Part shown: piece after piece, positions 9,801-20,394 of the stretch
Numbering within the stretch: the first letter of the stretch is position 1
Layout of the letters: every line of letters starts with the position of its first letter
Assembly: GCA_028342535.1 (NCBI GenBank)
Contig: JAOLWQ010000002.1
Span: forward strand, 33,484 to 97,483
DNA from: Methylophilaceae bacterium
GTDB lineage: Bacteria > Pseudomonadota > Gammaproteobacteria > Burkholderiales > Methylophilaceae
Direction: 5' to 3'
DNA: 64,000 bases
Position numbers and translations under genes: made by a program
The notes under the pieces: generated by a model
Seen by the model: the letters and a program-made list of their open reading frames with translations, nothing else
Databases searched by the model: none
What the model was told of the DNA's origin: nothing

Positions 9801-10767
9801 ATCATTAATTTATTCCTCAACAAGAAGTAAGCTTCAGCAAATATGGACTGAAACAAGTTTTAGAATCCAATCTATTAGGGATAATCCTAAATCAGCACAA
9901 GAAGAATTTAATCTTATTTTAGATGACTCTAACCCTGGTATTAAGCCGAAAATTAATTTTAAAATACCTTCCCAAATTAATATAAGTGAAGCAAAGCCAA
10001 AAATTGCTATTTTAAGAGAACAAGGAATTAATGGTCATAGTGAAATGGCAGCAGCTTTTAAATATGCTGGTTTCGATGCATATGATGTTCACATGTCCGA
10101 TATCCTAAGCGGGCAAAAAAGTTTAATGGACTTTAATGGGCTTGCTGCATGTGGGGGTTTCTCTTTTGGGGATGTTTTAGGTGCTGGAGAAGGTTGGGCA
10201 AAATCGATTCTTTTTAATAATAAATTGCGAGATGAATTTCAAAGGTTTTTTGAAAGAAAAGACACTATAACTCTTGGTGTTTGTAATGGATGTCAAATGA
10301 TGAGCAATATTAAAGAAATTATCCCTGGAACAGATTTATGGCCTAAATTTATTAAGAATGAATCAGAACAGTTTGAAGCACGCTTTGTAATGGTTGAGAT
10401 TACTAAAAATAATTCTTTATTTTTCGATGAGATGATAGGAAGTATATTACCGGTTGTTGTTTCTCATGGAGAGGGTCGGGTTCAGTTTTTTAAGGAAGAA
10501 CATTTAAATCTAAATGAATCATCTAATTTAATATCGTTAAAATATGTAGATAATTATCATAAGGGAACTTTATTGTATCCGTTGAATCCAAACGGTTCCC
10601 CTTCTGGAATCACGGGTTTAACAAGTTCAGACGGGAGGGTATCTATTATGATGCCTCATCCTGAGAGAGTATTCAGGACCGATCAAAATTCATGGCACCC
10701 AAAAGAATGGGAAAATTTTGGTCCTTGGTATAGAATGTTTGCCAATGCAAACAAATTTTTTACTTAA
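6892..10767 (+). CDS. purL: Phosphoribosylformylglycinamidine synthase, single-chain large form
   Basis: 1291 aa with FGAM synthetase domains plus a C-terminal glutamine amidotransferase (GVCNGCQMM, HPE). Confidence 0.97.
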   Translation: MQKNIITSLFGSRIYSEFRKSNLLNDALRPITEIKNLTSSYLHVIESKEKLSLKDQESLNKILTYGEDIKEELSPENIIFIGPRIGTISPWSSRALDIVQHCGIDILRIERIKAISFVTQSRKPISQSTKELLGKLLYDRMTESIFIDPDDINKLFIHNTPKLINYININDNGISELQNFNESQGLALSNDEINYLYKYFSSENRNPTDAELMMFAQANSEHCRHKIFNASWVIDNIEKSESLFSMIRNTHKISPQKTIIAYSDNSSIVEGSIIKRFYPDINDQYQDHDELTHYLMKVETHNHPTAISPFPGAATGAGGEIRDEGATGRGSKPKAGLAGFSVSNLRIPNFIQKWEKNNIGKPDRIASALEVMINGPIGAAAYNNEFGRPNILGYFRVLEYQIQGKNFGYHKPIMLAGGIGSISDDHTHKEQLKPGNLLIQLGGPAMLIGLGGGAASSMRTGSNKENLDFASVQRGNPELQRRAQEVIDRCWQLKDKNPILSIHDVGAGGLSNAFPELINDGGMGAIMNIRSIDNEELGMSPKEIWSNEAQERYVLAIDEKDLLNFSNICKRERCPFSVVGKTTQEKNLKVEDSLLKQDIVNMDLNILLGKPPKLIKKINSTFNLEIQKEVFDSPLEDAINEVLKYPSVSSKSFLISIGDRSVTGLIAQDQMVGPWQVPVSNVGVTKSTFDSITGEAFAIGEKAPIALTNSVASARMAISEALTNIAASAIKDISLIKLSANWMAASGSDHEDLELFEAVKAVGMELCPDLGISIPVGKDSMSMQTAWSDPEVKTVTSPLSVIITAFSESYDVNKTVTPQLVLDAESSLILIDLGAKKNRMGGSSYNLVNNITNFEVPDLESPDLIKNFFKGIQFLNKENKLLSYHDRSDGGLITTVLEMAFAGHCGLKLELEVKDSIIEFLFNEELGAVIQVANQDIIFVQKYLGTELGLATSVIGYPTINHKISILNNSSLIYSSTRSKLQQIWTETSFRIQSIRDNPKSAQEEFNLILDDSNPGIKPKINFKIPSQINISEAKPKIAILREQGINGHSEMAAAFKYAGFDAYDVHMSDILSGQKSLMDFNGLAACGGFSFGDVLGAGEGWAKSILFNNKLRDEFQRFFERKDTITLGVCNGCQMMSNIKEIIPGTDLWPKFIKNESEQFEARFVMVEITKNNSLFFDEMIGSILPVVVSHGEGRVQFFKEEHLNLNESSNLISLKYVDNYHKGTLLYPLNPNGSPSGITGLTSSDGRVSIMMPHPERVFRTDQNSWHPKEWENFGPWYRMFANANKFFT

Positions 10768-10781
10768 TCTAAGGAAATATT

Positions 10782-11267
10782 ATGAAAGTCTTATCTAGTT
10801 TACTTGCAATTTGTATGGCTATATTTTCATTAAATGTATTCGCTCTTAATGATGATCAAGAACTTGAGTTCACTGGTGCCGTTAACGAAGGAAATCTAAA
10901 AATTGTAAAAAAATATGTTGAAACTACTGATGTGAAGATTGATGATAGCTATTTTGCATGGACACCATTTCTTATGTCAGCAGCAAAAAATCAGTTAGAA
11001 GTAATGAAGTATCTTGTAAGTAAGGGAGCAAATATTACTTACACGCATCCAATCACTAGATTTAATGCACTTCATCATGCAGCATTTAATGGAAGTAAGC
11101 CAATGGTTGATTTTTTAGTTGAAATTGGAATTGATAAAACTAAAAAACTTAAAGGTGATGTTTCAATAATAAGAGCATTAAAAGAAGATGGTAAAGAAAA
11201 AATGGCAGAATACCTTTTATCTATTGGGTTTAAAGATGAAGGCTGTCAAGAAAAAAGATGCTTTTAA
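10782..11267 (+). CDS. Secreted ankyrin-repeat protein (about 3 repeats)
   Basis: 161 aa. Signal peptide ending NVFA/LND. ANK motifs: TPFLMSAAKNQLEVMKYLVSKGAN, NALHHAAFNGSKPMVDFLVEIG. SD AAGGA. Starts 14 nt after the purL stop. Confidence 0.8.
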   Translation: MKVLSSLLAICMAIFSLNVFALNDDQELEFTGAVNEGNLKIVKKYVETTDVKIDDSYFAWTPFLMSAAKNQLEVMKYLVSKGANITYTHPITRFNALHHAAFNGSKPMVDFLVEIGIDKTKKLKGDVSIIRALKEDGKEKMAEYLLSIGFKDEGCQEKRCF

Positions 11268-11290
11268 ATTAATTTTATTAGGTCATCTTA

Positions 11291-11323
11291 AAAGCCAATG
11301 ATTAATCTTATTGGCTTTTTTTA
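11291..11323 (+). terminator. Rho-independent terminator after purL-ank
   Basis: AAAGCCAAT / ATTGGCTTT forms a 9-bp stem with a 10-nt loop, followed by a T-run. Confidence 0.7.
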
Positions 11324-11356
11324 TTGTCATAAAAATTATGTCAAGACCAAATTTGA

Positions 11357-12511
11357 ATGATAAAAAATATAATTCTTTTTAGCTCAATGTTTTGTTTGGT
11401 TTTTTCTGCTTATTCAGAAGAAATTTTTAGCAATTATAAGAAATATGATCTAACTAAAACCAAATTTAAGTTAGATTTAGTTGTCAAAAATCTAGATCGT
11501 CCTTGGGCGCTAACATTTATTAACGATGAATATCTAATTGTTACAGAAAGGACTGGTGGTCTATATAAAATAAATATAAAGACTTCTATAAAGAAATTAA
11601 TTAAGCACGATATTCAACATATTGAAGGTGATGGGGTACAAGGTGGCCTTTTAGATGCTTACTTCAATAGTGAAGATGGTTTTATTTATTTTACTTATAG
11701 CCATAATTTTAAAGAGTTAATGCTTAATAAAAAACAGAGTAAAGCATCTAGCACAGCTATCGCTAAAGGAAAATTAGCTGGTAATACCATTAAAGAGCTT
11801 GAAATTTTATTGATTGCTAAACCTAAACAATTAGCTAATAAGCATTTTGGATCAAGAATTACCATTAAAGATAATATGCTTTATACAGGTTTTGGAGAGA
11901 GGGATATGGGAATGATTTCACAAGATCCTACCAAACATCCTGGGAGTATTATTCGAATTAAAAATACTGGTGAAATTCCTAAAGATAATCCAAAGTTTAA
12001 AGGTAAAATCGATTGGCTTCCAGAAATTTATTCAATTGGAGTTAGGAATCCACAGGGTATAACGGTCTCACCTCACGACAATGAAGTATACTTTTCAAAT
12101 CATGGTCCTAACGGTGGTGATTTTATAGGTAAAGCTAAATCTGGTGCAAATTATGGCTGGAAAAATATTGCTTGGGGAGGCTCTGAATACTCTGGGTTTG
12201 CTATCGGTAGAGCCCCCTTTAGTAAAAAATATGATAAGCCAATAAAAACATGGGTGCCTTCAATGGCTATTAGTAGTATTCAGTTTTATCAAGGCAATGT
12301 TTTTCCTGAGTGGAAAGGTGATCTTATTGTATGCTCTCTAAATGGGAAAAGCCTAATAAGATTAGATTATGAAAACAACAAAATTATAGGCGAGGAAATA
12401 ATCTTTAAAAACAAAATTGGACGTATTCGAGACTTTGAAATTGATATTCAAGGCAATATTTATCTTATTACTGATAGTCCGAATGGTAAATTGTGGAAAC
12501 TTAGTAAATAA
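11357..12511 (+). CDS. PQQ-dependent soluble aldose/sugar dehydrogenase (YliI/sGDH family), periplasmic
   Basis: 384 aa. Signal peptide ending SAYS/EE. LDRPWALTFINDEYLIVTERTGGLYKI, HFGSRI, GVRNPQGI and NYGW are typical of the glucose/sorbosone dehydrogenase beta-propeller. Confidence 0.8.
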   Translation: MIKNIILFSSMFCLVFSAYSEEIFSNYKKYDLTKTKFKLDLVVKNLDRPWALTFINDEYLIVTERTGGLYKINIKTSIKKLIKHDIQHIEGDGVQGGLLDAYFNSEDGFIYFTYSHNFKELMLNKKQSKASSTAIAKGKLAGNTIKELEILLIAKPKQLANKHFGSRITIKDNMLYTGFGERDMGMISQDPTKHPGSIIRIKNTGEIPKDNPKFKGKIDWLPEIYSIGVRNPQGITVSPHDNEVYFSNHGPNGGDFIGKAKSGANYGWKNIAWGGSEYSGFAIGRAPFSKKYDKPIKTWVPSMAISSIQFYQGNVFPEWKGDLIVCSLNGKSLIRLDYENNKIIGEEIIFKNKIGRIRDFEIDIQGNIYLITDSPNGKLWKLSK

Positions 12512-12541
12512 ATATTTTTTAAATTTAACGGAAAACAAGAA

Positions 12542-13366
12542 ATGAATAAAATACAAATAGCACTAATTTTTTTAGTTTGGATTACAAATTTAAGTCTTGC
12601 TCATGAGGTTAGATATGATGGGTTTAGCAAACCGGAATCTGTTGCAGAAGGTCCAGATGGTTACATATATGTTTCTGAAATTGGGGAAACAGATAAAGAT
12701 GGTGATGGAAAAATAAGTAAAATTGACAAAAAAGGCAATATCACTCCATTTGCAATAGGTCTTTACGATCCAAAAGGTATCGTCTTTTATAAAGACAAGC
12801 TATATGTAACTGATAGAGATGTAATCATTGAGGTTGATACCGATGGAACATGGTCAGTATTTGGTTCAACAATGGCGTTTCCAAAGACTCCTGTTTTTCT
12901 TAATGATATTGATGTAGATTCTGATGGGAATTTCTATATCACTGATACTAGTAATTTTGAAACAGGTGGAATTGTTTTTAAAATGAATCTAGCAGGTGAT
13001 ATTACTGTTCTTTTTGATGAGACAACAAAGAATAATAAAGCTCCTAATGGGGTTCTTCCTATAAAGAATAATAAGCTTTTACTTCTTGATTGGGGTGGTG
13101 AACTATTTGAAGCAAATACCAAAACTAAAAAAATTAAAAAATTAGGGGAAGGTTTCCCAGGAGGTGATGGTTTAGCAATTAAAAATGGAATAATATATAT
13201 AAGTAGCTGGAAAGAAGGAAAAGTGTACGAATTTAAAAATGGTAAATCAAAAGTTATACTAGATGGCTTTAAAGCTGCTGCAGATATCGCTCTTAGTAAA
13301 GATAAAAAACATTTAATTATTCCTGATATGTTAGCAGGAACAGTGACAATTCACCCTTTAAAATAA
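12542..13366 (+). CDS. Periplasmic six-bladed beta-propeller protein, SMP-30/gluconolactonase/LRE- or NHL-repeat-like
   Basis: 274 aa. Signal peptide ending LSLA/HE. Repeated blade motifs (PESVAEGPDGYIYVSE, DPKGIVFYKDKLYVTD, LNDIDVDSDGNFYITD, PNGVLP, GGDGLAI). Family assignment is by eye only. Confidence 0.5.
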   Translation: MNKIQIALIFLVWITNLSLAHEVRYDGFSKPESVAEGPDGYIYVSEIGETDKDGDGKISKIDKKGNITPFAIGLYDPKGIVFYKDKLYVTDRDVIIEVDTDGTWSVFGSTMAFPKTPVFLNDIDVDSDGNFYITDTSNFETGGIVFKMNLAGDITVLFDETTKNNKAPNGVLPIKNNKLLLLDWGGELFEANTKTKKIKKLGEGFPGGDGLAIKNGIIYISSWKEGKVYEFKNGKSKVILDGFKAAADIALSKDKKHLIIPDMLAGTVTIHPLK

Positions 13367-13477
13367 AATTTTGTTAAAGTAATAACACAGTTAGAAAAAA
13401 GCTTTATGCACATAATATAAAATCAATTAAGCATTCTGATATCATATTAAAATCAGTAATAAGTTTAAAGAATTTAA

Positions 13478-14644
13478 ATGAACCTTCATGAATATCAAGC
13501 CAAAGAATTACTTAAAGCTAACGGAATAAAAGTTCCTAAAGGTCAAATTTCAAATAGTATTGATGAAACTTTTAAAATTGCTAAGCACTTTAACTCAAGC
13601 TTGGCCATCAAAGCTCAAATACATGCGGGTGGAAGAGGTAAAGCAGGAGGTATCAAAATAGTTAACACACCTCAGGAAGCTAAAGAATTTGCTTCTATCA
13701 TTATTGGTAAAAATCTTATTACTGACCAAAACAAACCTCATGGTCAGCCTGTTAATCAGTTATTAATTGAGGAAACTATTTCTATAAAAAAAGAAATGTA
13801 CTTTTCAATTCTAATAGATAGGCAATCAGAATCTATAGTGATAATGGGATCGCAATCTGGAGGTATGGATATAGAAGAAATAGCTAAGAAAGAACATAAC
13901 TCTATTGTTAAGGAGTATTGTAAAATCAATACAGAATTAAGTATAGACCAAATTAATAATTTGGCGATCGGGCTCGGCTTAGAAAAAAAATTATTAAATA
14001 AGTTTGAAAAATTTATTACTTCTTGTTTTGAGTTCTTTAAAAAATCAGATTTATCTCTTCTTGAAATCAACCCATTAGCTATTTCCAATGATAATGAAAT
14101 TATTGTTGTAGATTGTAAAATAAGCTTGGATGATAATGCCAAATTTCGCCATACAGAAATTAGTGAGGCTTATGACTGGCTTCAAATTGATAAAAAAGAA
14201 TCAGAGGCTTTTCATAGTGGACTAAGTTATATTGCTTTAGAGGGTAACATTGGATGTATGGTAAATGGGGCAGGTTTAGCAATGGCTACAATGGATTTAA
14301 TTAAGCTCTCAGGTGGCTTTCCTGCAAACTTTTTAGATGTTGGTGGTGGGGCAACATCTGAAACTGTTAGTAATGCTTTTAAAATATTGCTTTCAGACAA
14401 AAATGTTAAAGTTGTTTTGGTTAATATTTTTGGAGGAATTATGAGATGCGATATTATTGCTGAAGGAATTATATCTGCTGTTAAAGATGTAGGTGTTAAA
14501 ATTCCAATAGTGGTTCGCCTAGAAGGAACCAATGTTGACCTAGGGAAAAAAATTCTAAATAAAAGCAATCTAAATATTATTTCTGCTGATAGCTTAACGG
14601 ATGCAGCAAAAAGATCAGTTGAACTAACTACTTTAAAAAAATAA
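13478..14644 (+). CDS. sucC: Succinate--CoA ligase (ADP-forming) beta subunit
   Basis: 388 aa. MNLHEYQAKELL N-terminus, ATP-grasp domain, GGIMRCD. Confidence 0.95.
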   Translation: MNLHEYQAKELLKANGIKVPKGQISNSIDETFKIAKHFNSSLAIKAQIHAGGRGKAGGIKIVNTPQEAKEFASIIIGKNLITDQNKPHGQPVNQLLIEETISIKKEMYFSILIDRQSESIVIMGSQSGGMDIEEIAKKEHNSIVKEYCKINTELSIDQINNLAIGLGLEKKLLNKFEKFITSCFEFFKKSDLSLLEINPLAISNDNEIIVVDCKISLDDNAKFRHTEISEAYDWLQIDKKESEAFHSGLSYIALEGNIGCMVNGAGLAMATMDLIKLSGGFPANFLDVGGGATSETVSNAFKILLSDKNVKVVLVNIFGGIMRCDIIAEGIISAVKDVGVKIPIVVRLEGTNVDLGKKILNKSNLNIISADSLTDAAKRSVELTTLKK

Positions 14645-15523
14645 ATGTCTATTCTGATAAACAAAAATACAAAAGTAATATGTCAAGGATTTACAGGAAA
14701 GCAAGGCACATTTCACAGTGAGCAATCTATCAAATATGGAACTAATATTACTGGTGGAATTACTCCTGGAAAAGGCGGCCAAACACATCTTAATTTACCC
14801 GTTTATAACACTGTTCAACAAGCAGTTAATGAGACGAATGCGAATGCATCAATGATTTACGTTCCGCCAAAATTTGCTGCAGAATCTATTATTGAAGCCA
14901 GTGATGCAGGTATTGAAATTATTGTATGTATTACTGAAGGTATCCCAGTAATGGATATGTTAAAAGTTAGGCAGAGAATCGAATCAAATAATTCCATTCT
15001 TGTTGGTCCAAATTGCCCAGGGATTATTACTCCAAATGAATGTAAAATTGGGATTATGCCAGGAGAAATTCACAAGCCTGGAATAATTGGAATTGTCTCA
15101 AGATCTGGCACATTAACTTACGAGGCTGTTCATCAAACATCATTAAATGGACTAGGACAAACAACTTGTGTTGGAATTGGCGGAGACCCTATAAAAGGTC
15201 TTAATTTTATAGAGTGTCTACAAATGTTTGAGGAAGACCCTAAGACCAAAGGTATTATTATGGTGGGTGAAATTGGGGGGTCGGATGAAGAACTTGCTGC
15301 AGAATTTATTAGTAGTAATGTAACAAAACCAGTTGTTGCATACATAGCTGGTTTGACGGCTCCGGAAGGTAAAAGAATGGGGCACGCTGGTGCGATTATA
15401 TCTGGTAACACTGGCAAGGCTATCGATAAAATTAATAGCTTAGAAAAATCTGGCGTTTGGATTTCTGAATCACCAGCAACTATGGGTGAAGTAATGGTGC
15501 AAGTATTAAATACGCAAAACTAA
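14645..15523 (+). CDS. sucD: Succinate--CoA ligase alpha subunit
   Basis: 292 aa. [24 protein letters not shown], active-site GHAGA. Confidence 0.95.
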   Translation: MSILINKNTKVICQGFTGKQGTFHSEQSIKYGTNITGGITPGKGGQTHLNLPVYNTVQQAVNETNANASMIYVPPKFAAESIIEASDAGIEIIVCITEGIPVMDMLKVRQRIESNNSILVGPNCPGIITPNECKIGIMPGEIHKPGIIGIVSRSGTLTYEAVHQTSLNGLGQTTCVGIGGDPIKGLNFIECLQMFEEDPKTKGIIMVGEIGGSDEELAAEFISSNVTKPVVAYIAGLTAPEGKRMGHAGAIISGNTGKAIDKINSLEKSGVWISESPATMGEVMVQVLNTQN

Positions 15524-15526
15524 TTA

Positions 15527-16468
15527 ATGAAAAAAATTCTATACATCTTATTTATCTTCATTTTTTGTAACATTTTTCAATTAAATGCCGAAGAAATTCC
15601 GTACCTACTTACTGCATCTGCTAAAGGTGATCTTGAAACTGTCAAAGCAATCATTCTAAGCGGGGGCGATCCAAATACTGAAGATAAAGATAACATTAAT
15701 GCACTAATGTATGCATCAAGAAAAAATCAGGTGGCAATAGTGGAATACTTAATCTCTCAAGGGGCTAAAGTAAATAATGTAGAAAGCGAAGGCTGGACAG
15801 CACTAATGTTCGCTTCAAAGAAAAATCATAATGAAACAGTTAAAGTTCTTCTTAATAATAATGCAGATCCTAAAATTACCGATCCAGATGGCTGGTCAGC
15901 TTATGGGCTGGCTGCAACATCAGGGCATCATGAAACTATCGACTTACTTCTTAAGGGTGGTATTGACCCAAATAGTAGAAATAATTCAGGTTTAACTGTA
16001 CTAATGTTGGCATGTAAAAGTGGCAATCTTAAAACTATTGAAATTTTAATTGATAATGGATCAAAAATAGAATTAAAAGATAGGTACGGTAAAACAGCTT
16101 TAATTCACGCCACAGCAAATGGAAATGAAAATGCAATAAATCTTCTTCTTTACAAAGGTGCAGATGTTAATGTTGTTGACAACTCTAAATGGAGTGCATT
16201 AATGTGGGCTATAAAAAATAAAAAATATAAAGCAGCAAAAGTTCTTATACTTCACGGAGCCAATGTAAATCATAAAGATAATGAAAGTACATATTTAATT
16301 CATTACGCTATTCATAGCAAATCAATTAAGTTAATAAAGCTTTTAATTCATGCAAAAGTTAATTTAAAAGCTAAAGATCAATATGGCTTAACGGCTCTAG
16401 TATATGCGTTAAAAAATAAAGATAAGGATGTAATTGATTTGATTAAAAATGCTGGTGGGGAATACTAA
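15527..16468 (+). CDS. Secreted ankyrin-repeat protein (about 8-9 repeats)
   Basis: 313 aa. Signal peptide ending QLNA/EE. Serial ANK motifs (G.TALM.A...G....V..LL..GAD.N). Starts 3 nt after the sucD stop and ends 6 nt before nadE. Confidence 0.85.
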   Translation: MKKILYILFIFIFCNIFQLNAEEIPYLLTASAKGDLETVKAIILSGGDPNTEDKDNINALMYASRKNQVAIVEYLISQGAKVNNVESEGWTALMFASKKNHNETVKVLLNNNADPKITDPDGWSAYGLAATSGHHETIDLLLKGGIDPNSRNNSGLTVLMLACKSGNLKTIEILIDNGSKIELKDRYGKTALIHATANGNENAINLLLYKGADVNVVDNSKWSALMWAIKNKKYKAAKVLILHGANVNHKDNESTYLIHYAIHSKSIKLIKLLIHAKVNLKAKDQYGLTALVYALKNKDKDVIDLIKNAGGEY

Positions 16469-16474
16469 AAAAAC

Positions 16475-18429
<1,955 letters not shown>

Positions 18430-18431
18430 TT

Positions 18432-19163
18432 TTACGAAGTTAAATGTTGTCTAATTGAATCTAAATCATCAGGAGTATCAACACCCCTATAGGTTTTGCC
18501 TCTGTATCTTAAGGTCTTAAGTAATATGTTATTTTCTAAAGCCCTTAACTGTTCAAGCTTTAATTTAATTTCCAATTTAGATATTGGTAAATTACAAAAG
18601 TGATCTAATAATTTTTTTTTATAGCCATAGATACCAATATGATGAAATTGTTTTTTTGAATCCCAATCTTTTTCCATCGATACCAAAGGTTTTCTGTAAA
18701 ACTTTGTAGCAAATTGCTTTGCGTTACATACAACTTTTACATTACTTGGATTTAAATAATCGTTAAAATTCTCAAAAACTGAACAAGCAGTAACATAATT
18801 AACATCAATATCTTTTAATGCTTGAGCTAATAATTTAATTAATTTTGGCTCAATAAGTGGTTCATCACCCTGGACATTAATAATAACTTCATCGTCAAGC
18901 CATCTCTTCTGGTTGGCAATATCTAAGACTCTATCAGTTCCAGAAGGATGCTTTTTATCGGTCATTAAGGCTTCAAAACCATACTTTTCGGCAGTATTTT
19001 TTATTCTTTCATCGTCAGTTGCAATGATTACATGATTAGCACCACTCTTGCTTGCTTGAATCGCTGTTCTTATAACCATTGGAATACCAGCAATATCAAT
19101 TAATGGCTTACCTGGTAACCTTGTACTTTCATATCTAGCAGGTATTACAACATTGAAATTCAT
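18432..19163 (-). CDS. kdsB: 3-deoxy-manno-octulosonate cytidylyltransferase (CMP-KDO synthetase)
   Basis: MNFNVVIPARYESTRLPGKPL is the typical N-terminus. The ORF-track start at 19226 would overlap the Trm112-like gene, so I use the ATG at 19163. Confidence 0.9.
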   Translation of the reverse strand: MNFNVVIPARYESTRLPGKPLIDIAGIPMVIRTAIQASKSGANHVIIATDDERIKNTAEKYGFEALMTDKKHPSGTDRVLDIANQKRWLDDEVIINVQGDEPLIEPKLIKLLAQALKDIDVNYVTACSVFENFNDYLNPSNVKVVCNAKQFATKFYRKPLVSMEKDWDSKKQFHHIGIYGYKKKLLDHFCNLPISKLEIKLKLEQLRALENNILLKTLRYRGKTYRGVDTPDDLDSIRQHLTS

Positions 19164-19164
19164 T

Positions 19165-19338
19165 TTAGATCTTTCCAGAAATTTTTCTAGCCTCACTTTC
19201 AAGTAAAATAGGTATTCCATCTTCAATTCGATAAGCTAGTTTTGCTGATTTTGATATAAGCTCATTATTTTTTTTATCAAATATAAGCGGTCCTTTAGTC
19301 ACTGGGCAAACAATAATATCTAATAATTTTTTATCCAT
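19165..19338 (-). CDS. ycaR: Trm112/YcaR (UPF0434) family small protein
   Basis: Own translation, 57 aa, below the ORF-track cutoff: [57 protein letters not shown]. Contains the LL.I..CP..KG.L and Y.I.DGIP.LL motifs. Fills the lpxK-kdsB gap. Confidence 0.8.
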   Translation of the reverse strand: MDKKLLDIIVCPVTKGPLIFDKKNNELISKSAKLAYRIEDGIPILLESEARKISGKI

Positions 19339-19342
19339 TCAA

Positions 19343-20392
19343 TTAAATCCTTAATTTTTTAATTAATTCTTGAAATAACTTTTTATCTACATTTGCATGC
19401 ATTGGTAAATACCAAAAATTTTCTTTTGCAAAACTTTTACACTTCACAGAATCTTTTTCAGTCATTATGATATCCATATCATCATAATCCTTAAAATCAA
19501 TTTCAGTAAACAAATGGTGGTCGTTAAATATTACTTTTTTAAATTTTAAGCCAGAAGAGCTTAATTGTTCAAAAAATCTTTCTGGATTACCAATTCCAGT
19601 TATTGCAACAATCTCTTTTTTAAGCTTATCTGGATCATAAACACGATTTCTATTATGGCAATTTACTAGTAAATTGCCATAACATTCCATATGATGATAA
19701 CCAACATATTTTGTGTAAAAATCTATATTATATTTTTCATAAAACCATTTTTTTTTAGTTTTAGTATGCCCATTTAAAACTAATGCATCTACCTCTTTAA
19801 TTCTAGAAATATTTTCTCTCAATGGTCCAGCCGGTATTAAGTATCCATTTCCGAACACTCTATCTGCATCAACGACAACTATTTCGAAATCTCCATTTAA
19901 CTCATTATGCTGAAGGCCGTCATCAGAAATTAAAATATTAATATCAGGATATGAGTTTATTAGCGCCATACCAACATGCGCCTTCCTCTTCCCAACAAAT
20001 ATAGGTAGGTCTATATTAATATTTTTAAATCGTAGTTTAGTCATTAAAGCCTCATCGCCAACATTTGATACTCGTGAGTCTATTAAAACTTCTTGAGGAG
20101 ATTTAGCATTTGAATTATATCCACTACAAATTAAACCTGGCTTCATACCTATTTTTATTAATTTTTCTACCAGCCAAATTACTAAAGGGGTTTTACCTGT
20201 TCCCCCAATGGTTATATTTCCTATAACTACAACAGGTACATCCATCTTGATTGATTTAAATATACCAATTTTATAGGCCCAACTTCTTAAAGAAATTAAT
20301 AATAAATAAATAAAACTCAATGGAAGTAAAATTAAAATCCATGAAGACTTATTATAATATTGCTTATTTAGAATCTCATGAATTGATCTCAA
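19343..20392 (-). CDS. lpxK: Tetraacyldisaccharide 4'-kinase
   Basis: 349 aa. P-loop GNITIGGTGKTP and an N-terminal TM helix. TTG start 2 nt after the msbA stop. Confidence 0.88.
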   Translation of the reverse strand: MRSIHEILNKQYYNKSSWILILLPLSFIYLLLISLRSWAYKIGIFKSIKMDVPVVVIGNITIGGTGKTPLVIWLVEKLIKIGMKPGLICSGYNSNAKSPQEVLIDSRVSNVGDEALMTKLRFKNINIDLPIFVGKRKAHVGMALINSYPDINILISDDGLQHNELNGDFEIVVVDADRVFGNGYLIPAGPLRENISRIKEVDALVLNGHTKTKKKWFYEKYNIDFYTKYVGYHHMECYGNLLVNCHNRNRVYDPDKLKKEIVAITGIGNPERFFEQLSSSGLKFKKVIFNDHHLFTEIDFKDYDDMDIIMTEKDSVKCKSFAKENFWYLPMHANVDKKLFQELIKKLRI

Positions 20393-20394
20393 TT

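Noticed and set aside
13756-14664. 128-aa and 145-aa minus-strand ORFs inside sucC. Similar antisense or alternate-frame ORFs occur at 3748-3960, 4711-4932, 7083-7265, 8208-8486, 12934-13122, 15133-15417, 20436-20642, 21785-22072, 24130-24456, 24874-25140, 33481-33816, 33965-34414, 35288-35764, 40830-41516, 57083-57813 and 63739-63981.
   Set aside because: All lie fully inside strongly supported genes on the other strand or in another frame. They have low-complexity composition and no motifs, so they are treated as spurious.
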